Shown here: positions 45,814 to 55,922 of the stretch, piece by piece
How the letters are laid out: every line of letters starts with the position of its first letter
Position numbering within the stretch: the first letter of the stretch is position 1
Position numbers and translations under genes: made by a program
The notes under the pieces: generated by a model
What the model saw: only the letters and a program-made list of their open reading frames with translations
What the model was told of the DNA's origin: nothing
The model's database searches: none
Assembly (NCBI GenBank): GCA_963662355.1
Contig: OY759361.1
Coordinates: 226,942 to 290,941, forward strand
Direction of reading: 5' to 3'
DNA: 64,000 nt
DNA from: Gammaproteobacteria bacterium
Lineage (GTDB): Bacteria; Pseudomonadota; Gammaproteobacteria; UBA4575

Positions 45814-46902
45814 TCAGGTATTCTGAATCACGATTTTCGGAAACTTTGCTCTGTAGTCCTTGCTTTGAGCGGCTAGTTTTGCCGCTGCCTTGCGTGCAAT
45901 TTCCCTGTAAATTTCGGCTATACGGCTGTCCGGCATCATTGCCACAGACGGGTTTCCTCCGTCAGCCTGTTCACGAATCCTAATATCAAGGGGCAAGGCA
46001 CCCAGCATATCAACACCTGATTCTTCAGCCATTCGCTCCCCTCCCCCTTTGCCAAAAATCGACTCTTCATGGCCACATTTACTGCATATGTGGATACTCA
46101 TGTTTTCCACAACCCCCAGCACAGGCACCTCAACTTTTTCAAACATTTTTAACCCCTTACGCGCATCAAGCAAGGCAATATCCTGTGGAGTAGTCACGAT
46201 AATAGCCCCGCTAACCGGTATCTTTTGCGCCAAGGTCAGCTGTACATCCCCTGTACCAGGAGGCAGATCAACTACCAGATAATCAAGCCCACGCCAGCAG
46301 GTATCGTTCAGCAACTGTTCCAATGCCTGGGTCACCATTGGTCCCCGCCAGATCATGGGTGTTTCTTCATCAATCAAAAACCCGATCGACATGGCCTGCA
46401 ATCCATGAGCCTCCATAGGTTCAAGGCTTTTCCCGTCACTCGACTTGGGCTGACCACTCACACCCAGCATGCGCGGTTGACTGGGTCCGTAAATATCTGC
46501 ATCCAGCACCCCTACAGTTGCTCCTTCCATGGAAAGTGCCAAAGCAAGGTTGGCTGCAGTAGTAGACTTGCCTACACCTCCTTTACCAGAAGCCACGGCA
46601 ATGATGTTTTTGATATCTTCAAGAGGCTTGAGGCTTTTTTGCACGGTATGCGCCTCAATCTGCCAGCTTACATCCGCCTGAACATTTTCAGCACCCGCAT
46701 CCACAAGTTTTGCTTCGATCTGCTCGGCCAAACCAGCTACAATCCCCTTCGCGGGATAGCCCAGCTTGACTGCAACATCAACTTTGCCAGATTCGGTCTC
46801 AATTTTTTTTACAGCATTGCTGGCAACAAGATCCTTGCCAAGGTATGGATCCTGAATTTGTTTCAGCACGGCCTCCACCTGCTTATTTGTCAGCTGCACC
46901 AT
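45814..46902 (-). CDS. apbC: Iron-sulfur cluster carrier ATPase ApbC/Mrp
   Basis: Deviant Walker A IAVASGKGGVGKSTTAANLALAL. CxxC motif CSKCGHE. N-terminal MIP18-like region. Confidence 0.85.
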   Translation of the reverse strand: MVQLTNKQVEAVLKQIQDPYLGKDLVASNAVKKIETESGKVDVAVKLGYPAKGIVAGLAEQIEAKLVDAGAENVQADVSWQIEAHTVQKSLKPLEDIKNIIAVASGKGGVGKSTTAANLALALSMEGATVGVLDADIYGPSQPRMLGVSGQPKSSDGKSLEPMEAHGLQAMSIGFLIDEETPMIWRGPMVTQALEQLLNDTCWRGLDYLVVDLPPGTGDVQLTLAQKIPVSGAIIVTTPQDIALLDARKGLKMFEKVEVPVLGVVENMSIHICSKCGHEESIFGKGGGERMAEESGVDMLGALPLDIRIREQADGGNPSVAMMPDSRIAEIYREIARKAAAKLAAQSKDYRAKFPKIVIQNT

Positions 46903-47070
46903 TCTTTGATTCTCCTGAAATATTTGGGTCTAGCATAAAGGGGAACTTACTATACCACGCGCAGCATGGTAGCAAAGATCCCTGTAGCAATAGCCTTAAA
47001 TTGCAAAAAAAACAGTGGCAATTTCTTCAAACTGCTAATAAGGTGAAATCGCAAAACAGACCACATCATT

Positions 47071-49098
47071 ATGCCCGGCCCAAAACGCAAGATCCTTGTC
47101 ACCAGTGCACTGCCTTATGCCAACGGGCCTATACATATCGGGCATTTGGTCGAGTACATCCAAACTGATATCTGGGTGCGATTCCAGAAGATGTGCGGGC
47201 ACGATTGTATATATATATGTGCAGACGACGCCCACGGCACACCGATTATGCTCAAGGCACAACAGGAAGGTATCACGCCGGAACAACTGATTTCACAAGT
47301 AGGCTCAGAACATGAGAAAGATTTTTCTGACTTCCATATTCAGTTTGATAATTACCACTCTACTCACTCGGAAGAAAACAGGGCTCATGCCACCAAAATA
47401 TATGAACGTCTGAGAGATAATGGGCACATCACAACTAAAATGGTTGTAGACCTGTATGACCCGCAAAACAAAGTGTTCCTGCCTGATCGTTTCGTCAAGG
47501 GCGAATGCCCAAAATGTTACGCAAAAGACCAATACGGGGATAACTGTGAAGTCTGTGGAAACACGTACACTCCGGCAGACTTAATCAATCCCTACTCATC
47601 TGTGAGCGGCGCAACACCAATAAAGAAAGAAAACCTGCATTATTTCTTTACGCTGAATGACTTCAAAGATATGTTGCATGAATGGATTGAGAGCACGTCA
47701 TTGCAACCAGAAATTACCAATAAGCTGCAAGAGTGGTTTAATGCGGGTCTCAGAGACTGGGATATCTCCCGTGATGCTCCATATTTTGGTTTTGAAATTC
47801 CCGATGCGCCGGGCAAGTACTTTTATGTGTGGCTCGATGCACCTGTAGGGTATATGGCAAGCCTGCAGCAATATTGTGACCGGACCGGAAAAGAATTTGA
47901 CGGGTACTGGAAGGTTGGTAGCGATCACGAAGTACACCATTTTATTGGCAAGGATATTGCGTACTTCCATATGCTCTTTTGGCCTGCCATGCTGCATGGG
48001 GCGAACTACCGGACCCCTACTGCAGTGTATTGTCACGGGTTCCTGACAGTTGATGGACAAAAAATGTCCAAATCACGAGGCACATTTATCAAGGCGCGCA
48101 CCTATCTTGATTATCTAAACCCGGAATATCTACGCTACTACTTTGCAGCAAAGCTGGGACCCGATGTAAGTGACATCGACCTCAGCCTGAATGATTTTCG
48201 GCAGCGCGTAAACAGTGATGTGGTTGGCAAACTTGTAAACATTGCCAGCCGCTGCTCCGGCTTTATCCAAAAGCATTTTGAGGGAAGACTCACATCAGAT
48301 TTTATCGCAGGAAGCCAGCAAATATTTGACGAGGCTGTCAGTACAAACGAGCACATAAAACAGCTTTACGAGTCCCGTCATTACTCGCAAGCCATGCGTG
48401 CCATCATGAACCACGCTGATGCGACCAACCAGGTGATCGATGCCCACAAGCCATGGGACCTAGCTAAAAGCGAAGCCAAAATGGAACAGGTACAGCAGGT
48501 ATGCAGTTTTGGCCTGAATATGTATCGCCTGCTGATAGGCTATTTAAAACCAGTCATACCAGAGCTTGCAGAGAAATCGGAAGCTTTTCTTAATACGGAA
48601 ACCTGCTGGGATGATCTGGCCTCAGGAAAGCCTTTGCCCGAAGGACACAGGATCAAAATTTTTAAACCCCTGATTACACGTATCGAACAACAGCGAATTG
48701 AAAAAATGATAGAAGATTCCAAACAGGATGAGATAACCAGCATATCGGACCCAATCATGGATGAAGTTATTTTTGACGATTTTGCTAAGCTGGATTTCAG
48801 GATTGCAAAAATTATTCAGGCAGAACATGTTGAGGGGGCAGACAAGCTGCTGAAACTGACACTAGACCTGGGTGAACCCACTGGGAACATACAGCGGACC
48901 GTATTTGCAGGAATCAAGTCTGCCTATGCCCCCGATGAAATTGAGGGGCGATTAACCGTGGTGGTAGCTAATCTGGCACCACGCAAAATGCGTTTCGGTA
49001 CCTCAGAGGGGATGGTGCTGGCAGCAGGTCCCGGTGGAAAAGATATATTCCTGTTGCAACCTGACAGCGGTGCCACACCTGGCATGCGTGTAAAATAA
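47071..49098 (+). CDS. metG: Methionine--tRNA ligase
   Basis: HIGH motif ([12 protein letters not shown]), KMSKS motif, Zn knuckle (CPKCY...CEVCG), C-terminal tRNA-binding (EMAP-like) domain. Confidence 0.9.
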   Translation: MPGPKRKILVTSALPYANGPIHIGHLVEYIQTDIWVRFQKMCGHDCIYICADDAHGTPIMLKAQQEGITPEQLISQVGSEHEKDFSDFHIQFDNYHSTHSEENRAHATKIYERLRDNGHITTKMVVDLYDPQNKVFLPDRFVKGECPKCYAKDQYGDNCEVCGNTYTPADLINPYSSVSGATPIKKENLHYFFTLNDFKDMLHEWIESTSLQPEITNKLQEWFNAGLRDWDISRDAPYFGFEIPDAPGKYFYVWLDAPVGYMASLQQYCDRTGKEFDGYWKVGSDHEVHHFIGKDIAYFHMLFWPAMLHGANYRTPTAVYCHGFLTVDGQKMSKSRGTFIKARTYLDYLNPEYLRYYFAAKLGPDVSDIDLSLNDFRQRVNSDVVGKLVNIASRCSGFIQKHFEGRLTSDFIAGSQQIFDEAVSTNEHIKQLYESRHYSQAMRAIMNHADATNQVIDAHKPWDLAKSEAKMEQVQQVCSFGLNMYRLLIGYLKPVIPELAEKSEAFLNTETCWDDLASGKPLPEGHRIKIFKPLITRIEQQRIEKMIEDSKQDEITSISDPIMDEVIFDDFAKLDFRIAKIIQAEHVEGADKLLKLTLDLGEPTGNIQRTVFAGIKSAYAPDEIEGRLTVVVANLAPRKMRFGTSEGMVLAAGPGGKDIFLLQPDSGATPGMRVK

Positions 49099-49105
49099 TT
49101 CACCT

Positions 49106-49579
49106 GTGCAAAACACTGATACCGGCATCCCGACTGGCAAATATATTGCAAGAATTGATGAACAACGCTGTATTGGTTGTACCTTATGCATCAAGGCCTG
49201 CCCATTCGATGCAATCGTGGGTGCGCCAAGGCATGTACACACCGTCATTAACCGCAATTGCACCGGTTGCAAACTGTGTCTCTCCCCATGTCCTGTAAAT
49301 TGTATAGAACTGGAAACAAATACCCGGTATCAGCTAATTTGCCAAACCCTTTCCCCAAGCAAGCAACGGAAATTAAAAGAAAAATTTGCCGTATTCTCGC
49401 GTGAAAACAAAAAACGGCGCATGCATAGAATCGGGCGCATCCAGAAAGAAAAGCAGGAACTATTCGAACGCAGGAAAAAAGAAATTTCAACCAACAAACA
49501 GACTTTAATTCAAAACAATGAACAAGGAAAAATGCACGGAAATATTTCATCGCCTGAGGAAGGCAAATCCCCGCCCTAG
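49106..49579 (+). CDS. 4Fe-4S dicluster ferredoxin, RnfB/RsxB C-terminal-domain-like
   Basis: Two CxxCxxCxxxCP motifs ([24 protein letters not shown]) that align with the C-terminal half of E. coli RsxB. Lys/Arg-rich tail. The 3' end overlaps the nth start by about 60 nt. Confidence 0.7.
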   Translation: MQNTDTGIPTGKYIARIDEQRCIGCTLCIKACPFDAIVGAPRHVHTVINRNCTGCKLCLSPCPVNCIELETNTRYQLICQTLSPSKQRKLKEKFAVFSRENKKRRMHRIGRIQKEKQELFERRKKEISTNKQTLIQNNEQGKMHGNISSPEEGKSPP

Positions 49580-50156
49580 GACAGAACTCGTACATGAATC
49601 AGATTTCGAGCTTTTGGTCTCAGTCATACTTTCTGCCCAAGCTACAGATGTAAGCGTAAACAAGGCAACGAAAGAGCTTTTCAAAGTAGCCAATACCCCG
49701 AGGAAAATGCTGGCACTGGGAGAAATAAAACTGAAAACCCACATCAAGTCAATCGGTTTGTATAACAGCAAAGCTGAAAATATCATCAAAACTTGCCACA
49801 TTCTGGACAAGATATACGGAAGCCGCATCCCGCAAAATCGCGAAGCCTTGCAGACTTTACCGGGTGTCGGCAGAAAAACGGCAAACGTAGTACTTAACAA
49901 TGCATTTAACCAGCCCACCATTGCGGTTGATACACATATTTTCCGGGTTGCTAACCGGACAGGAATTGCACCGGGGAAAAATGTTCTTGCCGTAGAACTG
50001 AAACTCGAAGAACGCGTACCGGAAAAGTTTAAACTACATGCACATCACTGGTTGATCCTGCTGGGACGGTATATTTGCATGGCACGCAAGCCAAAATGCT
50101 ATGAATGTCCGATTTTGGATCTGTGCGAGTACAGCGAAAAGAACGTAACCCAATAG
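49518..50156 (+). CDS. nth: Endonuclease III
   Basis: Near-colinear with E. coli Nth: [21 protein letters not shown], Hh[18 protein letters not shown], and C-terminal 4Fe-4S loop [17 protein letters not shown]. Confidence 0.9.
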   Translation: MNKEKCTEIFHRLRKANPRPRTELVHESDFELLVSVILSAQATDVSVNKATKELFKVANTPRKMLALGEIKLKTHIKSIGLYNSKAENIIKTCHILDKIYGSRIPQNREALQTLPGVGRKTANVVLNNAFNQPTIAVDTHIFRVANRTGIAPGKNVLAVELKLEERVPEKFKLHAHHWLILLGRYICMARKPKCYECPILDLCEYSEKNVTQ

Positions 50157-50182
50157 AAAAGAGCAGTATTAAGGAGGCTCCC

Positions 50183-50833
50183 ATGTCAGGATTCGTTATA
50201 ACCATTAACTCATTACAAGATATTCTGGACAGGTTTCGCATATTTGATTTCTTAGGACCCCTTGCCCTGCGGCTGTATCTGGCACCTGTATTTATAGCTG
50301 TTGGCCTGCATAAATTCATGCATCTGGAAGAAATTGCAAACTGGTTCGGAAACCCGGACTGGGGACTTGGCTTGCCAGTCCCCATGCTCATGGCCATACT
50401 TGCTGCATCTGCAGAACTGTTCGGGGGCATCGCTTTGTTGTTCGGAGTAGCTGTACGCTGGTTAGCAATTCCCCTCATGATTACCATGCTTGTAGCAGCA
50501 TTTGCAGTGCATTGGGACAAAGGCTGGTTTGCAGTAGCACCAGGCAACCCTGCAACCAGCACGGCAAAACCACTAGCATCAATAGGCATCCCTGCAGCAA
50601 AACGCAGCTTGGAAAACAGTGTAGAAGTCGGCAAGCGTCTGGACGCAGCCAAATCATTGCTGAAAAGGCATGGAAACTATAGCTGGCTGACGGAAAAGGG
50701 AAACTTTGTAGTACTTAATAACGGCATTGAATTTTCGGCCACCTATTTTATTATGTTACTGGTGCTGTTTTTCACGGGTCCCGGAAAATACCTGAGTATT
50801 GACTACTGGATTGCCAGACATTTTAGAAAATGA
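50183..50833 (+). CDS. DoxX-family membrane protein with a C-terminal extension
   Basis: AAGGAGG Shine-Dalgarno 6 nt upstream of the ATG at 50183. N-terminal about 135 aa have the DoxX TM pattern (LRLYLAPVFIAVGLHKF...GLPVPMLMAILAASAELFGGIALLFG...IPLMITMLVAAFAVHW). An extra roughly 80-aa C-terminal part carries another TM. The track start at 50105 overlaps nth and is rejected. Confidence 0.75.
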   Translation: MSGFVITINSLQDILDRFRIFDFLGPLALRLYLAPVFIAVGLHKFMHLEEIANWFGNPDWGLGLPVPMLMAILAASAELFGGIALLFGVAVRWLAIPLMITMLVAAFAVHWDKGWFAVAPGNPATSTAKPLASIGIPAAKRSLENSVEVGKRLDAAKSLLKRHGNYSWLTEKGNFVVLNNGIEFSATYFIMLLVLFFTGPGKYLSIDYWIARHFRK

Positions 50834-50899
50834 CGAGTGATTTTTCACAGGTTAATTCCCGCATGTGAGATGCCTGCAAAGCCAGAGAAATAGCAGTAT

Positions 50900-51778
50900 A
50901 TGAACACTAATATTCAAAATACCCATTCTATAACAGGCTCGGGTCTCGGTCTGCGGCGTAATCTTCTCAACGAACTGGAAAACAGCTTTCCTGAAGATGT
51001 TGACTTTATGGAAGTCGCACCAGAAAACTGGATCGGAATTGGAGGAAAACTGGGTAAACGATTTCGTGCCTTTACCGAAAAAATTCCATTTGTAATTCAC
51101 GGACTGTCCCTGTCAATCGGCAGCCCCGCTCCACTGGACGAATCACTTGTACGTGACATCAAGAGTTTTATGCGTGCACACAACATCCGTTGTTACAGTG
51201 AACACCTGAGCTATTGCTCGGATAACGGCCATCTGTACGACTTGATGCCAATCCCATTTACTGAAGAAGCCGTGCACTATGTTGCCGAAAGGATCCGACG
51301 AGTACAGGAAATTCTGGGACAAAAAATAGCTGTGGAAAATGTGTCATATTACGCTGCACCCGGCAAGGAAATGAATGAAATCAGTTTCATCAATTCCGTG
51401 CTCGAAGAAGCGGATTGTGATCTGCTTCTGGATGTAAACAATATCTATGTCAATTCTGTCAATCACCGTTATGACCCTGTTGAATTTCTGCGTGCCTTAC
51501 CTAGCAAGCGCATCGCGTATTGCCATGTTGCTGGCCATTACAATGAGGCAGAAGATTTGCTCGTTGACACGCATGCAGCGGATGTGATTGATCCAGTCTG
51601 GCATTTATTGCACAAAGCCTATGAACTGTTCGGTGTGTTTCCGACCCTGCTTGAGCGCGATTTCAATATTCCTCCCCTAGAGAATCTGTTACAGGAAGTG
51701 CAAACCATTCGCAAGCTTCAGGGAAAATGCAACGCACTACCAGCGTCGCCATGCAAGCAGGCTGATTCAAATCAGTAA
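50900..51778 (+). CDS. DUF692 / UPF0276 family protein (MbnB/HvfB/BufB-like multinuclear-iron TIM-barrel enzyme)
   Basis: 292 aa. Family hallmarks GLGLRRNL, FMEVAPENW, HGLSLSIGS, AVENVSYY, LLLDVNNIYVN, YCHVAGH. Confidence 0.8.
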   Translation: MNTNIQNTHSITGSGLGLRRNLLNELENSFPEDVDFMEVAPENWIGIGGKLGKRFRAFTEKIPFVIHGLSLSIGSPAPLDESLVRDIKSFMRAHNIRCYSEHLSYCSDNGHLYDLMPIPFTEEAVHYVAERIRRVQEILGQKIAVENVSYYAAPGKEMNEISFINSVLEEADCDLLLDVNNIYVNSVNHRYDPVEFLRALPSKRIAYCHVAGHYNEAEDLLVDTHAADVIDPVWHLLHKAYELFGVFPTLLERDFNIPPLENLLQEVQTIRKLQGKCNALPASPCKQADSNQ

Positions 51779-52548
51779 TGTCTTCAGAAATCCCCGAATT
51801 CAAAAAAGTTCAGTACGGGTTTACCGCCCATTTGAGGGATCCGGACCACATTAGTGCGCCAGACGACATCGAAGATCGCCGCATGGAAATTTATCGTGGT
51901 CTTCTCTACCGCAATATACAGAATTTCATTTCCAGCGCATTCCCTGTGCTTCGCAAACTGTACAATGAAGATGACTGGCATAGGATGGTACGGCATTTTT
52001 TTGCCAATCATGAGTCCACATCACCCTATTTCAGGGATATTTCCCGGGAATTTCTTGATTACTTGCAAAATGAACGGGAACCTCAACCTGAAGATCCGGC
52101 CTTTATCAATGAACTGGCCTACTACGAATGGGTTGAGATCTACTTGACCCATGCAGACATCGAGCCTGATATGTCGAATATAGATCCTGATGGGGATCTA
52201 ATGCAAGGCAGACCAGTCCTGTCACCCCTTACAGATTTACGTGGCTACAACTTCCCGGTACACAAAATCAAGCCTGACTTTCAGCCCGAACAAGCAGGCA
52301 GACAGCCTATTTTCCTGATGGTCTACAGAGACTCACAGTACAAAATTGGCTTCATGGAGCTGAATCCCCTTACAGCATCACTGGTAGAGCAGATTAAAGT
52401 TGATAGTTTGAAAACAGGCAGACAACTGCTCAAAGAGATTGCTGAAACGTTGCAGCACCCAGATCCAGATGCTGTGTACAGAGGTGGAGAACAGGCCTTG
52501 AAGCAGCTTCGTGCCAAAGATATTTTACTCGGTACGAAGTTTCAATAA
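51778..52548 (+). CDS. DUF2063 family protein (MbnC/HvfC/BufC-like partner of DUF692)
   Basis: 256 aa. Start overlaps the DUF692 stop (ATGA-type coupling). N-terminal region YRGLLYRNIQNFISSAFPVLRKL and later ELAYYEWVEIYL fit the NGO1945-like DUF2063 family, which invariably partners DUF692. Confidence 0.7.
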   Translation: MSSEIPEFKKVQYGFTAHLRDPDHISAPDDIEDRRMEIYRGLLYRNIQNFISSAFPVLRKLYNEDDWHRMVRHFFANHESTSPYFRDISREFLDYLQNEREPQPEDPAFINELAYYEWVEIYLTHADIEPDMSNIDPDGDLMQGRPVLSPLTDLRGYNFPVHKIKPDFQPEQAGRQPIFLMVYRDSQYKIGFMELNPLTASLVEQIKVDSLKTGRQLLKEIAETLQHPDPDAVYRGGEQALKQLRAKDILLGTKFQ

Positions 52549-52554
52549 AGTGAT

Positions 52555-53112
52555 TCACTTTCTTGACTGATTTTCGCTAGACCAGAGCATCTCTGGATGG
52601 CCTGAATGTCTGGACAAAATTCTGCATGTCACAAACAGAAAATCTGACAACCGGTTCAGGTAAGCCTGAATTTCCGGGTTAACAGCCTGATGTTGACTTA
52701 AGTTCACTACACTCCGTTCTGCCCGCCTGCATACAGCGCGCGCCAGATGACAGATTGAAGCTGCATCCCCGCCATTCGGCAAAATGAATTTTTTCAGCAC
52801 CGGTAGGCTTTGACTGAAACTGTCCATCTGTTGCTCTAAACTCGTCACCATGTCGGCATGAATAAGTTCAAGATCAGGATTGCTCAACTCTGCACCCAAG
52901 TTAAACAGCTGGTGCTGAATTTCGATTAGAATGTTCTTTACATCACCTGCCACATCATGCGCAAGTATCATACCGATAACAGAATTCAGTTCATCAACAT
53001 CCCCGATTGCCTGAATTTCCGGGCAATCCTTACGCACACGCCTGCCTCCAGATAAACCTGTTTTGCCCTGATCCCCGGTTCTGGTATAAATTCTGGCGGC
53101 ATGGTCAGGCAT
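52555..53112 (-). CDS. Cob(I)yrinic acid a,c-diamide / cob(I)alamin adenosyltransferase, PduO/MMAB type
   Basis: 185 aa. IYTRTGDQGKTGL N-terminal ATP-binding motif typical of PduO-type adenosyltransferases. Confidence 0.8.
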   Translation of the reverse strand: MPDHAARIYTRTGDQGKTGLSGGRRVRKDCPEIQAIGDVDELNSVIGMILAHDVAGDVKNILIEIQHQLFNLGAELSNPDLELIHADMVTSLEQQMDSFSQSLPVLKKFILPNGGDAASICHLARAVCRRAERSVVNLSQHQAVNPEIQAYLNRLSDFLFVTCRILSRHSGHPEMLWSSENQSRK

Positions 53113-53131
53113 GTCCGATCACCTGGTAATT

Positions 53132-54916
53132 TCAGTGTACTGGCCTGAACTGCAGTTCCGCAAACACGGACTGGCCAGGCTGATTATAACCTGAGGCCAG
53201 TTCATACTCCTTGTCCAACAGGTTTTCCGCCTTCAATATCAGTGTAGCGTAGGGGAAGTGGTATCCTGCAGACACATCCACCAATCCGTAACCAGATAGA
53301 GTCACTCCACCAAAGTCTCTTCTTTCTGACGTCACCAGACCATTCATCTGAACAAAATATTGTTCCTGTTTATATAGCAGGGATCCGGTCAGCGTGCGCT
53401 TTGCACGCCTTAACAGACGCGAATTTTCGGTCTCATTGCGGGGATCCTGAATTATACCTTCCAGACTGATATCCCAAGGCCCGGAATGATGACTGAATGA
53501 GAACTCGATCCCTTTGATACGTGCCTTTTCAACATTTCTGTTTTCATAAACAAAGTTGACCGAATCAACTGCCACGGTTTCGATCAAATCATCAATCCTG
53601 TTTTCAAAAAGCCGAAGTGACAATGCCGTCAGCGGGTTCAGGTCATGCCTGACCCCGGCTTCAACGGAACGCGAGGTTTCTTCCTTCAAGCCAGGGTTCC
53701 CGCCAAATCCGAATCTTGCATTGCTGTCAGGTGCCCGAAACCCTGTACCGATGCTGGCGAACAGCTTTGTCTTGCTGGCCAGACTGTAGCCATATTCCAG
53801 ATTCCAAGTCATTGCATCATCAAAATCTTCATGATCCGTATAACGGGTTGCGGTGGACAGGCTATGTCCGTTTCTGATGTATTGCTCATGCAAATATACC
53901 GAGAAAATGTCCGTGTCTTCTCGATAAGTGGTCCCGAAAGACAACGAGTCAGTATTCTCATCTGCAAGGGAAACTCCTAGTACGAGAACGTTATTATTCA
54001 GCGTGAGGTCATTTTTCCAGTCATATACTACCCTGTCAGTATAGGCAAAATCTTTATCTCCCAAAAAGTTGCTCTGGTTTTGGCGAACCTCATCCTTCGT
54101 TCGTGATATGGACAGGGTAGACTGCCAGTTTTCAGACATGGGTATAGTCAGCCCGGTCTGCAAAATATTGTTCTTGCGATCTTGGTCGAGATCGCCAAAA
54201 CTGTCATATTCCGTATTACCTCTTGCCTGCCAGAATCCTAATGAAAGCTCACCTGTGCCAACTTTCGTTTTCATGTTCAGGTCGAACGTTTCATTGTCAT
54301 GCCCGTGATCCGAATTGGATGTACTTCTCGCAGGAAACCCTCTTGTATCCAGTCGACTGAAAGACAGATCACCCGATGCACGGTCATTCCCGTAACTCAG
54401 ATTGACACTTTGCTCGCTTGTATCATATTTGCCTTGCATGACATGAAAGTCAGCAGAACTCCCAACACCTTGACCATAGGTAATGATATTGATCACACCC
54501 CCAACAGCCTCCGACCCATACACTGTCGAGCGAGGTCCTTTAACAACCTCAATGCGCTCAATTGCTGATGTATTGATCATCTCCAGTGCACCTGCACCAG
54601 TCGTGGCAGAATTCATTTTTATACCGTTAATCAGTATCGTAGAATGGTTACTGTTGGTACCACGGATAAACACGGATGTCTGCTGACCTATTCCGCCGGT
54701 ACGCCCGATATCCAGACCCGCGTGCCACCGCAACAAGCCTGCAATGTCCACAGAAGGACTCCGCTCAATCATTTCACGATTAATGATTATCAAGGAAGGC
54801 ACAACGTCTTTCAGGGACTGTGAATATCTTGCAGGAGTTACAACGACCTCTTCAACTGCATGGCTCAATGAACTCATACCTATAAGCCACATTATCAAAA
54901 GGTTTTTGATGTTCAT
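53132..54916 (-). CDS. TonB-dependent outer-membrane receptor, BtuB (cobalamin)-like
   Basis: 594 aa. Signal peptide. TonB box EEVVVTPAR. Plug domain then beta-barrel ending in an aromatic-rich C-terminus. Co-oriented 20 nt upstream of the adenosyltransferase. Confidence 0.8.
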   Translation of the reverse strand: MNIKNLLIMWLIGMSSLSHAVEEVVVTPARYSQSLKDVVPSLIIINREMIERSPSVDIAGLLRWHAGLDIGRTGGIGQQTSVFIRGTNSNHSTILINGIKMNSATTGAGALEMINTSAIERIEVVKGPRSTVYGSEAVGGVINIITYGQGVGSSADFHVMQGKYDTSEQSVNLSYGNDRASGDLSFSRLDTRGFPARSTSNSDHGHDNETFDLNMKTKVGTGELSLGFWQARGNTEYDSFGDLDQDRKNNILQTGLTIPMSENWQSTLSISRTKDEVRQNQSNFLGDKDFAYTDRVVYDWKNDLTLNNNVLVLGVSLADENTDSLSFGTTYREDTDIFSVYLHEQYIRNGHSLSTATRYTDHEDFDDAMTWNLEYGYSLASKTKLFASIGTGFRAPDSNARFGFGGNPGLKEETSRSVEAGVRHDLNPLTALSLRLFENRIDDLIETVAVDSVNFVYENRNVEKARIKGIEFSFSHHSGPWDISLEGIIQDPRNETENSRLLRRAKRTLTGSLLYKQEQYFVQMNGLVTSERRDFGGVTLSGYGLVDVSAGYHFPYATLILKAENLLDKEYELASGYNQPGQSVFAELQFRPVH

Positions 54917-55018
54917 CGAATACCCTATTTTTCTTGCTTGCTTTGCCCTCCCATCTTGAGGGCTAATGTTACCTAGAAAAGTTCTGGTTGCAGGGACAGC
55001 TGACAGTACGCCTGATAG

Positions 55019-55732
55019 TTAACTCTTTCCATATACGGGCACAGCAGCACCTGTTATGCCTTTTGCCTGCTCTGAGCACAGATGAAGAATTTCCCTAGCT
55101 AATTGTTCGGTGGGCACCCAGTTGCTAAAGTCACCGCCCGGCATGTCAGCCCTGTTCTGCGGTGTATCAATTGTCCCGGGTAGAATGCAGTTTACATTAA
55201 TGTTTTCATGCTTGCATTCAGCTGCAAGACTTTGTGTAAGTGTAATCACCGCTGCCTTGCTTACGCAGTACGGCGCCATTTTTGACTTACCCTCCACGGC
55301 TGCACGTGCAGCCACATTTACAATTTTTCCTGTTCCCATTTCCAGCATATGCGGGATGACAGCACGACACATCAGGAACACACTCTTTGCGTTCATGTTC
55401 AGCATGAAATCCCAGTCCTGTACCGGAGTTTCATGCACGGGTGGACCCATTCTGAATCCTCCTGCTATATTAGCGAGAATATCAATGCGCTGAAAACGCT
55501 CTCTGATTTGGCCCACTGAATGATTCACCTGCTCCACATCGGTCAAATCGGTTTCAAACAAACCGGCATTCTCAGCATCCTGCCAAGGGGCACATCGTAA
55601 ACGATCTAAAGAAATATCGACCAGTGCAAGTTTTGCACCTGCATGGTAGAAGAGTTCCGCTACAGTACGGCCAAGGTTTCCAGCAGCACCGGTGACTACT
55701 ACGACCTGCTTGTGAAAATCATACTCGCTCAT
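55019..55732 (-). CDS. Short-chain dehydrogenase/reductase (SDR) family oxidoreductase
   Basis: VVVVTGAAGNLG Rossmann motif. Catalytic YCVSK (YxxxK). NAG-type region NIAGG. Confidence 0.8.
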   Translation of the reverse strand: MSEYDFHKQVVVVTGAAGNLGRTVAELFYHAGAKLALVDISLDRLRCAPWQDAENAGLFETDLTDVEQVNHSVGQIRERFQRIDILANIAGGFRMGPPVHETPVQDWDFMLNMNAKSVFLMCRAVIPHMLEMGTGKIVNVAARAAVEGKSKMAPYCVSKAAVITLTQSLAAECKHENINVNCILPGTIDTPQNRADMPGGDFSNWVPTEQLAREILHLCSEQAKGITGAAVPVYGKS

Positions 55733-55847
55733 TATTTTTTCCGCCTGTTTTACTTTTCACGAAATTCTACTATACCGACTGCATGCTCATCATTCCTGAC
55801 AGGCATTGCTTTTGTCCGCGACAGCTCCCGGTATTTTGATGCCCAAT

Positions 55848-55896
55848 AAAAAAAGGGAGCAGGGTGCTCCCTTAAAACAGCCACCGCAAGGGTGGC
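55848..55896 (-). terminator. Putative intrinsic terminator of the nrdAB operon (tandem hairpins followed by a T-run on the minus strand)
   Basis: Plus strand reads AAAAAAAGGGAGCagggtGCTCCC (6-bp GC stem), then GCCACCgcaagGGTGGC. On the minus strand both hairpins are followed by UUUUUUU. Lies 27-75 nt downstream of the nrdB stop. Confidence 0.45.
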
Positions 55897-55922
55897 CCCA
55901 TGACACTGGGTAACCCTGACTC

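Noticed and set aside
50105-50182. Upstream extension of the DoxX ORF overlapping the end of nth
   Set aside because: No ribosome-binding site. A strong AAGGAGG precedes the internal ATG at 50183. Nth C-terminus is conserved to its stop.
54917-55100. Cobalamin riboswitch upstream of the BtuB-like receptor
   Set aside because: Only 102 nt are available before the SDR stop. No intact B12 box (GCCACUG) or AAGGGAA element was found. Kept as a low-interest finding rather than a feature.
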